This document shows, piece after piece, positions 9,361 to 18,387 of a stretch of DNA of 19,145 bases (positions are counted from its first letter, which is position 1; the number at the start of each line of letters is the position of its first letter). The notes beneath the pieces are model-generated. The model was not told the origin of the DNA and ran no database searches. It was given only the letters and a program-made list of their open reading frames with translations. The position numbers and the translations under genes are program-made. This DNA comes from Octopus sinensis (lineage: Eukaryota). Location of the stretch: the NCBI RefSeq assembly GCF_006345805.1, contig NW_021824313.1, positions 1 to 19,145 on the forward strand. The letters run 5' to 3'.

Positions 9361-10059
9361 ATATCGCAGAAGCTGGCTGAGGCAGTGCATTACAGCGAGA
9401 AGATATCTAGTGTTAAAGACCTCAAGATTAAAAAACAAAAAATACTACCTCCAACTCCAACACCACCACCAACACCAACAATAACAACAGCATCATCAGC
9501 AGTTAGCGTAGCCTTTAAGATAAATGTGTTTTTAAGTAGCTATAAAAATAAATAATAAACGAATAAAGACGGTACATATTCAATATGGCTCCTTTTAACT
9601 TCCTGCTTAGATCTGTTTCATCTTACCATAAGAACATTGTTTAACTGTAACAGCTATCACACACAAGCTTTGCATGATATCCAGATATCATCATCAAATC
9701 TTGTAGTAAAAACATGTATTCTTTGTTTACGTTACGATGGTTAACGGTAGGGGAGACGGTGAATGATATTTACTGATGTTTGTGTGACTGTGTGTTTGTG
9801 TATTTCTGTGTCTGTACGTGTGTGCTTTTGTATGTGTAAGTAAGTTGGACGGCAGTCCGCGATACGGTTCATAAGGTTTCTTTCTCTAGATTCGTATTTT
9901 GTTATGTTTTGCGTGTTTAACATATTTCCAAAGTCACCATTTTGAATCTATTGTTCAAATATGGCACAGTACTGCGTTGCGCGTATATACCCATTATCTA
10001 TAAGGATTTCGCATGTGCAGCTAGAATGATATATATGTCAGCATGTACGTATACAACTA

Positions 10060-10106
10060 TATATGCATATATAGAGGTGTGTGTGCGCGTGTGTGAATGT
10101 GAGAAA

Positions 10107-10144
<38 letters not shown>

Positions 10145-10281
10145 CGTATAAATATATATTATATATATATACTGGGAGAAAGAGAAAGAGAGAGATGTAC
10201 GTGTGTCATCGTATATACGTTAAAGGTTTAGGCATATATATATATATATACATACATATATTATACATATATATGTATATA

Positions 10282-10320
<39 letters not shown>

Positions 10321-10530
10321 ATGTATACACTTATATGTATGTATATATACCTATATATATGTATATATATATAGAGAGAGGGAGAGGGAGAGAGAGAGAG
10401 GCATATATATATATATATATATACACGTTTATGTAGATATACATATGTAGATATTAATACATGTATGTGTTTGTTTGTGTGTGTGTGTGCGTGTGTATGC
10501 GTGTGTGTATGTTTATATTGAAATGCGTAT
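10060..10530. repeat. Compound TA/TG/GA microsatellite field
   Basis: Visible. Confidence 0.92.
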
Positions 10531-10693
10531 CTGTATCTGTGTGTGTATTTTGAAAGGGCGTAAAGAAATATGTCTTCCATTCCGTTTGAGCATTTTTTTC
10601 TTTAAGATATTTCTGATAAAATTTCATTTGTGATGTGTTGCTTTGATTTCCATTCTAACCTTCTGCACCAATCATGCCTAATCATCAACCTGT

Positions 10694-10746
10694 CACGTGT
10701 ACACATACACACACACGCGCGCGCGCGCGCACACACACACACACAT
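10694..10746. repeat. Alternating purine-pyrimidine tract (CA)n(CG)7(CA)n
   Basis: (CG)7 at 10716-10729 inside CA runs. Confidence 0.92.
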
Positions 10747-10752
10747 CAATAC

Positions 10753-10828
10753 AATAAGTACCAGGCTTCAAAAATGTACTGGGTCGATTCATACGACTGT
10801 AATACTTCAGTGACTGAAACAAGTAAAA
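10753..10828 (+). mobile_element. 3' fragment of the 6348-6756 SINE family with an internal deletion
   Basis: AATAAGTACCAGGCTT...GGGTCGATTCATACGACT...TGACTGAAACAAGTAAAA matches the 3' end of the full copy but lacks the GGCGGTGCTCCAGCATGGCCGCAGTCAAA block. Confidence 0.75.
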
Positions 10829-10860
10829 TATGAAAGACATAAAAGTTATGCGAATACATA

Positions 10861-10894
10861 TCTATCTATCTATCTATATCTATCTATCTATCTA

Positions 10895-10940
<46 letters not shown>

Positions 10941-10962
10941 ATATATATATATATCGATATAT
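10861..10962. repeat. (TCTA)n tetranucleotide followed by (TA)n
   Basis: Visible. Confidence 0.95.
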
Positions 10963-11064
10963 CAGTCGCCATGATAGATCGTTAGCCACTACACACATTT
11001 TTTTTCTCTCCTTGTTTTTTCTGTGTACCTTACTGTAGAAGAGCGTAGGCTCGAAACTTAAAAG
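10963..11064 (+). mobile_element. Interspersed repeat, probable PLE pLTR fragment with a variant hammerhead-like core (copy 1)
   Basis: Closely similar to 19041-19140 (by eye roughly 90%). It ends in CTGTAGA-A-GAGC-GTAG-GCTC-GAAAC-TT-A-AAAG. Confidence 0.7.
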
Positions 11065-11137
11065 TATTTTACTCGGCGTGCTACCTCTCTGTAGAAGAGC
11101 GTAGGCTCGAAACTTAAAAGTATTTTACTCGGCGTGC
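11026..11137 (+). repeat. 56-bp tandem duplication (49-nt exact core at 11033-11081 and 11089-11137)
   Basis: CTGTAGAAGAGCGTAGGCTCGAAACTTAAAAGTATTTTACTCGGCGTGC occurs twice, preceded by TACCTTA and TACCTCT. Confidence 0.97.
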
Positions 11138-11164
11138 AAACGATGGCGCCAGCTCACCGCCTTA
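11120..11164 (-). mobile_element. 5' head fragment of the Nin-domain-type SINE family
   Basis: Minus-strand TAAGGCGGTGAGCTGGCGCCATCGTTTGCACGCCGAG resembles the head of the copy at 13772 (TAAGGTGTCGAGCTAGCAGAATCGTTACCGCACC). Confidence 0.6.
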
Positions 11165-11255
11165 GACGACCGCAAGCATTTTACCAATAGTCTAGAAATC
11201 TAAGTTCAATATGAACCCACAATGCTTCAGTCCTTAAACCTCTCATCAGCATGTA

Positions 11256-11715
11256 CAGTAATCCCTCGCCATATCGTAATTCACCTATCACGCTCTCAGT
11301 ATATCGCGATATTTCTGGTTATTATATGTAAATATGTGGAGGCGCAATGGCCCAGTGGTTAGGGTAGCGGACTCGCGGTCGTAGGATCGAGGTTTCGATT
11401 CCCAGACCGGGCGTTGTGAGTGTTTATGGAGCGAAAACACCTAAGACTCCACAATGCTCCGGCAGAACGTGGGGGCCATCCCTGCTGCACTCTTTCGCCA
11501 CAACTTTCTCTAACTGTTTCTTCTGTTGGCCTGCTCGCTTAGCTAGCGGGATGGCGTCATTTGAAGGCTAAAACAAAGCGAAGCGCATTGTGACCAGCGA
11601 TGTGTAGCAACATCACGAATTTCTTCAACAGATAGGTATTTATATTTTCTTAGAATTCAATTATTTCTGTGGGATGTTTTGGAACGTAGCACCCGCGATA
11701 GTCGAGGGATTGCTG
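11256..11715. mobile_element. Tc1/mariner-superfamily (Tigger/pogo-like) MITE with TA TSD, interrupted by a SINE
   Basis: TA (11254-55) then CAGTAATCCCTCG at the left end; CGAGGGATTGCTG then TA (11716-17) at the right. The TIRs match 12/13 and extend with TATCG. Length is about 180 bp without the SINE. Confidence 0.8.
11335..11614 (+). mobile_element. tRNA(Arg)-derived octopus SINE (OR-type), tail variant B
   Basis: A box TGGCCCAGTGG (11348-11358), anticodon-like TCG (11373-75), B box GGTTTCGATTCC (11391-11402). It shares about 190 nt with 4953-5326 and diverges after TTCTGTTG (about 11528). The 3' boundary is approximate. Confidence 0.9.
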
Positions 11716-12034
11716 TATGCACTTATCTTTCTATGCTTGTGTGCGTGTGTATGCGTGCGCAGACTTTGTGCGTCCTTCCGTGTGTCTGCGTGTATAGACG
11801 TGTGTAACATGAATATATAATGTCTTCAGTAAACATTAGCGGCCGCGGTAAAACCATAGAAAAGAAACAAACCATCCTACTTGAAGACGGGGAGAATTTA
11901 AATTATGTCTGAACATTTAATACTAATACTAATTCTAGTACTAATACCAAGGAAGCAAAATGTTGCCATCTAGCTCACTCCTGATGAGTCACCAGTTATT
12001 TTCATTGCTTCTGCTTCTGCTGTTAGGGCTACTG

Positions 12035-12295
12035 ATGTTACCAATACTACTACTACTATTACTACTACTAATACCACCACCACTACTACTACTACTACCA
12101 TCACCATCACCACTACTACTACTACAACTACTACCACCACCACCACCGCTACTACCACTACTACTACTAAAACTACGACTACAACTGCTACTACTAATAC
12201 TACTACTACTAATACCACCACTACTACTACTACTAATACCACCACTACTACTACCACTACTACTACTACTACCACTACTACTACCACTACTACTA

Positions 12296-12329
<34 letters not shown>

Positions 12330-12668
12330 AACTACTACCACTACTACAACTACTACAACTACTACAACCACCACCACCACCACTACTACTACAACTACTA
12401 CTACTACTACTACCACCACCCTACTACTACTACTACTACTACCACCACCCTACTACTACTACTACTACCACCTCCACCACTACCACTACTACTACTACTA
12501 CCACCACCACCCTACTACTACAACCACCACCACCACCACTACTACTACAACTACTACTACTACTACTACCACTACTACTACTACAACTACTACTACTAAT
12601 ACCACCACTACCACTACCACTACTACCACCACCACCACCACCACCACCACTACTACTACTACTACCAC
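12035..12668. repeat. About 630-bp (ACT/ACC/ACA/AAT)n trinucleotide array with higher-order units
   Basis: Period-3 array with an identical 56-mer at 12359-12414 and 12515-12570, and three ACCACCACCCTACT phase slips near 12420, 12450 and 12511. Confidence 0.96.
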
Positions 12669-12734
12669 AGCTGCTGCTGCACCTGCTTGTCCCACGGTAT
12701 TTTCATGAGGATGATGTGTAAAGAACCAATAAGG

Positions 12735-12795
12735 TTTACGACGACGACGATACTGGGGACGGTGATAATGTTGATGATGCCGATGATGATGATGT

Positions 12796-12826
<31 letters not shown>
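12735..12826. repeat. (GAC)n/(GAT)n trinucleotide array
   Basis: Visible. Confidence 0.93.
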
Positions 12827-12827
<1 letters not shown>

Positions 12828-13043
12828 GTTTCAGAGTTTGGCACGCGCTCAGGAATCTTGAAGTGAGTGAGTTGTTGAAGATATTAACTCCCAGTGCTAA
12901 GCTGGTACGGTACTTTATTTGATCGACCCCACGAGAGAAAGGATGAAGGACGAAGTTGATCTCGGATGAATTTGAACTCAGACCGTGAAGATAAGGAACA
13001 AAACTGTGTCCAACGTGTTATCAAGCCTAGCAGTTCCGCACCC
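12827..13043 (-). mobile_element. Diverged Nin-domain-type SINE
   Basis: Plus-strand CTGGTAC..TTTATTTGATCGACCCC..GAAAGGATGAAGG..AAGTTGATCTCGG..GAATTTGAACTCAG is the reverse complement of the TTCAAA..GACTTT.CCTTTCATC..TCGATAAA..AGTACCAG body seen at 13775-13991. Confidence 0.65.
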
Positions 13044-13089
<46 letters not shown>

Positions 13090-13230
13090 GAGGAGGAGGT
13101 GGTGGGGAGGAAAAGAAGGAGAAGGAGAAAGAGAAGACGAGGAAGAAGAAAATTAAGTGAAAAAAGGAAAGTGAAAAGGAAGAAGAATACAAGAAAGAAA
13201 GAGAGAAAGAAAGAATATGAGGGTGAAAAA
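13044..13230. repeat. (AAT)n followed by a purine-rich GAG/GAA low-complexity tract
   Basis: Visible. Confidence 0.93.
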
Positions 13231-13331
13231 ACATTAACCAACACAAGAACGAATACCAGAAGTCTGTGATAAAACTATAAAAGTCTTTTAGTTTACGAAT
13301 TAGTATTTCTGGTTTTCATGTTTATCTTCAG

Positions 13332-13383
13332 GTTTCGATTACGGTCTCGTAGACTGCAAGATTAAACATGGAATCTAAGGAAG
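13332..13383 (+). CDS. Candidate 52-nt spliced exon containing a start codon (CDS 13368-13383, MESKE + G, phase 1); product unknown
   Basis: Acceptor TTTCTGGTTTTCATGTTTATCTTCAG|G, start context AAACATGG, donor AAG|GTAATA. No homology evidence. Confidence 0.3.
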
Positions 13384-13774
13384 GTAATAGAATTCTCACC
13401 GTTATCTAAAATTACTTCAACATTAAGCGACTGTATAAACAAAACCGGCTTTGAAGTCAGTAGTAATATTCTTTCTTGTGCTGGAGTACTTAATTCTTAA
13501 AAAAGCTTCCATTGGAAATGACCAAATGTATGAATACAAACGAAAACAAACTTAAAGAATTCAGTGAAACATAGAAGTTCTACAAGATTCCTGATGGATG
13601 ATCTGGTTTGAGAATAACGAGGTTTGTTAGAAGTAAAAGATTACGTGGAGAGGAGAATAAAATTCTAACGCCTCTTTGTTCATTTGTTTAGGAAATGATT
13701 GTAGATTTAGTTTTGTGTTAAACATTTTGTTCGTAGAATCGAAAAGTAATTGTGTATATTTATGTATTCTTTAA

Positions 13775-13991
13775 GGTGTCGAGCTAGCAGAATCGTTACC
13801 GCACCAGATATATTTTCAGGGGCATTTCTTCCGACTTTAACTTCCTAGTTCAAAAGTTTCCAGAATTGACTTTACCTTTCATCATTCTGGAGCTCGATAA
13901 AGCAAGTACCAGTTAAACACTGGAGTCAATGTAATTGACTCAACCCCTCTTCCAAAATTGCTGGCCCTGTGCTAAAATTTGAAACCAATAT
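13775..13991 (+). mobile_element. Nin-domain-type tRNA-derived SINE, near full length
   Basis: Head GGTGTCGAGCTAGCAGAATCGTT, B-box-like AGTTCAAA, central ACCTTTCATC..TCGATAAAGCAAGTACCAG (matches my recollection of the Nin/Deu-type domain), tail CCCTGTGCTAAAATTTGAAACCAAT. Confidence 0.75.
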
Positions 13992-16340
13992 TTCTGTATT
14001 CTTAAACTTCTTCAAGAAGCATATTCCGCTCAAGTACCATACATACAGAAGGTTACACATAACGAGGTTCACAATTCATTCGACGTTTGGCATCATACTC
14101 ATACGCCCTCTACGAATGTACGAGTGCATAGCAATTACTATAATGACAAACCTTTTTTGTCTACCTCAAATGGTTCTGCCCTATTCAAATATTATTCTGA
14201 AAGAAATCAAAGGTGAAAAAGTAGACCCTACAGCACTCAAACTGGAATCCTAGACGAACGACCAACACCCGGATATATATCAGTAAGCAACAATTCCCTG
14301 CTCGAGTGCGTTATAAAAGACTCTCTTTCTATTGAAATGCAGAAAAGATGTTTGAGTTTGTAATTATACGTTTTGTTTTTTTTTTTCTTTTATCCGGCGA
14401 TTATTGTTGAAATTCTCTTCCTCCGTGTTTTTGTGGTTTTATATATGACAGTTATTTATCGAAATAAGTGAAATTTAGGACTTTGGTAGAAATAACAAAG
14501 CACGTAAGCTATAGACTTTTATATTTGTAATATAATGGTAGCAAGAACTTCAATTAGCTGAGATTAGCTGGACAGTTAGACTAGTAAAACTCTCTCTCTC
14601 TGTGATTTCAAAATTAAGTAAACAACAACCAGTGATAACAACTCCATTCACATCAGGCAAGCGACGGGTTTTTGTAAGATAAACATGCAGCGGATAAGAG
14701 TAGATCTCTTTCAAGCGACTGGTGAAAGCAACGGACATGTTCCGAAGTTATCAATCCTCACCAGCAACTCCTACTCTGCTCAGAAATCATAAATTAGAGA
14801 TGCATAAATATTGACCTACATGAGATGCAGAAACGAGAATTATGTACGTCATACAAATAACACAGTTATAGATCTCACAGAAGTGATATATGCAGTTAAA
14901 TAAAGATCGATTAGCTGAAATTTTCTGCTTAATTAGTAGATAAAAGACTTTTATGTTTATAAGAGACTGAAAAAATCAACAAGGTTGCATAACTTCGATA
15001 ATGTCAGTCAAGCGATTTTGTTGTAATCTAAAAACGAATGCAGATCGAAGTGGACAATATTCTGAACGTATTTGATCTCACCAGCGAATTGTATTAGAAT
15101 TCATTTGGCAGAAATTGTAGAATGTATTCTCGAAGATTATGAATATCAAATACCAAATAACACAACTCACAGCGTGATGCATAATTGGTGTCTCCTCAGA
15201 ATGCCTGTTGTCTCTATCCGTCATTAAAACAGTGCTTAAAATGTTTAATGTCTAATAATCAAGTGGTTTTCTTTGAAGATGTTAGTAGTTTATTCATTTC
15301 TAATCTATTTTAATGAAATCAACAATGACTTCGTGAAAATTTCAGGATATTAATTCAACGATACGAAATATTGTATATAAATATCTCAAATTTAAAATTC
15401 TAATTTAGAAAAATTTATTATGTTATTTTTAATTACTACTATACATTTTTATATTGCTTTCACGCATTGTTCTATATAACAAATCAATATAGTCAGATAA
15501 AAAGTACCAAAACAATAATAAAACAAAAAAGGGGGAAAGTAGTGAGCAACAGAGACAATGGAGCGTCGAGCGATGATGGATTAAATGCTTTGCAATATTT
15601 AGACTCATCCTTCAATATCCTCAGTTCAGTATTAGAAATCAATATGGATCAATATTAATCATGTCTTCATTTCGAACATCGCTTATATCAACATTGTCTT
15701 TCATAATTACAGTGGTCGGTAATATAAAGACCAGACAAGCCCCCTGGGTGGTTTCCTCTACTATTCCTCTCCTCCAAATATGTGTCCGTGTCCTTAATTT
15801 ATAGAGTAATATCAATTAGCTCCTTTGATATTCTGAGTTTGAATTCCGACGATGCTTGATATATAAGCTGAGTACTCTTTTCCTTTTGCAGTGGTTAAGT
15901 AACTGACCTCGCATAAATATTTTAGTCCCGTGCTAATTACTTGGAAGTCATAGTAAACGTTGGAGGTACTCTTTAAAGGGCGACGGACTAAGACCTTACG
16001 CAATAAAACTCTATGAGGTTTATCATTCAGTGTTGCAAACAGTCCCTTCACTCTTTCCATTACTACACGGAGGATATATTAAAGGTCAGGGCAGCCTATA
16101 AACCGTCCCTCAAGCTTTTGGGCACTTGCACCAATTGCTGTCTTTATTATCATGACAAAACACTTAAAGACAACTTCCTAGAAACAAACCCACCCAATAT
16201 GGGATAGATATCTGCAAACAATATCTTATTACTCGAAAACACTATGCAGCTCAAACTATGAATGTAACAGGAAAACTAATTAAATTTCTTCTCCGTGTGA
16301 TGGTATTAACGTAATCATAACTGAGAGCTAATTGTATGAG

Positions 16341-16343
<3 letters not shown>

Positions 16344-16386
<43 letters not shown>

Positions 16387-16415
16387 TGTGTGTGTGTGTG
16401 TGTATTTGTGTGTGT
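16344..16415. repeat. (TA)n(TG)n microsatellite
   Basis: Visible. Confidence 0.95.
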
Positions 16416-17063
16416 TAAGAGACTTTATGGAAAGGTATCCGTTAGAACTCAACAAATATGTTAAAAAATTTAATTTAATCAAATTAATTTTAGTTATTCT
16501 ACCATGTAATTACATGTTAATATCGCTGTTTGAAACGATCGATGCATGTATTGAAATTCTTTCAAATTTTAACATCTTCTCTTCTCCATTTTTAACATAT
16601 TTGTTGAGTTTCTATGGGATACCTTACCATAAATTCTCATAACACACCATATATATGTAATATCTTCATACTTGCAAAAACCTTACGGCAGTAATCTACC
16701 AGCAAAATATGAAGAATCTTTGCTAGAAATCGCACTTTGGAACCCTCCAACATTCCATCGATTTATTTAAAAAAACAGTAAAGTGCATTCTTCATTTCAG
16801 TAAGAACTAGTTATTTCTTTTGTTGCATCTGACAGAGGACCGTTTGCCGAATTTTAAGACGACAACGAACCATATTTCGTAGGTTGCTAGGATTTTGAAT
16901 GATATTATTCCACTCCTTGAAAGTGTTGATTGTTGCATCTCATATTTGCCTCGTCTTTCATTCGTTTTGTAATTTCCATTTTCCTTCCTCTCTGGGTATA
17001 GAGATGTTGAATATTTGATGTTAAGCAGAAATAGATTATTAATATCATTTTGGAATATAAAGC

Positions 17064-17261
17064 AGCAGCAAGCTTAGCTCATAGAATCGTCAACACGTTG
17101 GACAAAAAGCTTATAGGAATTTCTAGGCTGAGGTCGACTTTGTCTTTCATCCATTCGGGCTCTTCATAATGAGTAACAGAAGAGCATGGGGGTCGAAGTA
17201 ATCGACTAGCCAACTCCTCTCAAATTACAGACATTGTGCTGAGAATAGAAATAAATATTAT
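17064..17261 (+). mobile_element. Diverged Nin-domain-type SINE with the B-box region deleted
   Basis: AGAATCGTCAACACG..GAGGTCGACTTTGTCTTTCATCC..GGGGTCGAAGTAATCGACT..CATTGTGC is collinear with 13775-13991. Confidence 0.7.
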
Positions 17262-17799
17262 TTCGGAAAATCTTACAACAGCTTCGATGATATATTAGAA
17301 TATATTTTACTAAATATTCTACATGTCAACCGTTGATTTGAACTGAACATGTCAGAGATTTGACAGGTTTCCCTGGGACAAGTAGTTTTGCTTTAAGGGT
17401 TCAGCCTGGTCGACTAAAGGTTAATTGTATTTAGTCCGTCATCCTTTTCATCTTGTCGAATAATCATTTGATTTATGCCAATTATATTAAAGAATATATT
17501 TACCTAGGATTTTTTTCTTTCTAGTTTATATATCCTGGTGTTGTGTAAATAATTTAACGAATCGTGGGAATAGAGAGCATCCACACGACGCACTATGGCT
17601 ACTTGTATACATGGCTGAACGCATTACGTCCATTGCTCACAATCAATTGCTGTTGTCAACTCGACAGCTCTTTACTTTCTAATAATGTGTCGGTCCACTT
17701 TTAGTCACGGGGGCGAGGGTCGGAATCCTTCCACAACACTAGTATATGTACAACGCCTGTAATTTTCGAGGTTGGTGTTGGACAATTATATTAATCGTA

Positions 17800-17951
17800 G
17801 GGCTGAACTGGCACGTATTTTATCGGCCCTGAATGGATAAAAATTGAAAAATTAATCTCGGCGGAATATGAATTTACACGTCAAGACCTCGAAGAAATGC
17901 CACCAAACATTTTGTTCGACGCCCTAATGTTTCTAGCGTTTCATCGCCTTA
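17800..17951 (-). mobile_element. Diverged Nin-domain-type SINE (5' two-thirds)
   Basis: Plus-strand AACTGGCAC..TTTTATCGGCCC..GGATAAAA..CTCGGCGGAATATGAA..CATTTTG..CGCCTTA is the reverse complement of the family head and central domain. Confidence 0.6.
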
Positions 17952-18387
17952 ATTTGTATCTAAATTTATTTGTACCTTGCTTCCACTCTTTGAAACTATA
18001 AGCACTTATGCTTAAACTAACCGAAACTATGACCGTCTTCGAAATGGGAACAGAAAAATGCGCAAAACAGCAAGAGGCATTTTGCATGGATAAATAGTTT
18101 AATTTACCAAGAAAATATACCACTCTCAATAGCGAAATGTGTTTGCACGTAATGTAAAGAAGCCATTGCGTACATCAAACGTTAACTATAAAATTTCCAT
18201 TTTCATCTATTGTTTACCGTTGAACATTATTTGAATTCTGAATAGGATGAACAATAGGAAATAAAACTATATCCAGCAGGAAGAAAAGAATCGAAGAATA
18301 ATTGATATAGGAACATCGTTAACGACAAGAAATATCCTTTGTTTTGAAACGAAAATGGATTAATGAAGATGTTCGTGTCTATTAAAA

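Noticed and set aside
60-10833. Many ORFs rich in YI/HT/VC/SL dipeptide runs (e.g. 206..706, 5277..5624, 9190..9555, 10206..10580)
   Set aside because: They are translations of TA/CA/TG/CT microsatellites, which lack stops in some frames; no domain-like sequence.
11026-11137. Direct repeats considered as a CRISPR-like array (also 3243-3613)
   Set aside because: Only two or three units, no unique spacers of regular length, no cas genes, and a eukaryotic context.
11210-11250. Minus-strand CTGATGA-GAG...CT-GAAG hammerhead-like string
   Set aside because: Only a 2-bp stem II, the wrong second box and no stem I.
11335-11410. tRNA-Arg(TCG)-like sequence (also the heads at about 5250-5326 and 6690-6756)
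   Set aside because: No 7-bp acceptor stem, and the sequence continues into shared SINE bodies; these are SINE heads, not tRNA genes.
11960-12721. 253-aa Leu/Pro-rich ORF and the antisense poly-Val ORFs
   Set aside because: Alternative phases of the ACT/ACC array; composition switches L to Y to T at the phase slips.
12835-12862. Exon-like TTTCAG|...|GTGAGT
   Set aside because: It lies in the antisense tail of a Nin-type SINE and is preceded by (GAT)n rather than a pyrimidine tract.
13969-16060. Medium ORFs 13969..14253 (+) and 15812..16060 (-), and the peptide QATGESNGHV near 14710-14740 recalling the integrase SNG motif
   Set aside because: No recognisable domain or collinear supporting motifs; lengths are not clearly beyond chance, and the first ORF begins inside a SINE.
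17685-17735. GGGTCGGAATCC B-box-like string
   Set aside because: No matching A box or SINE body follows.
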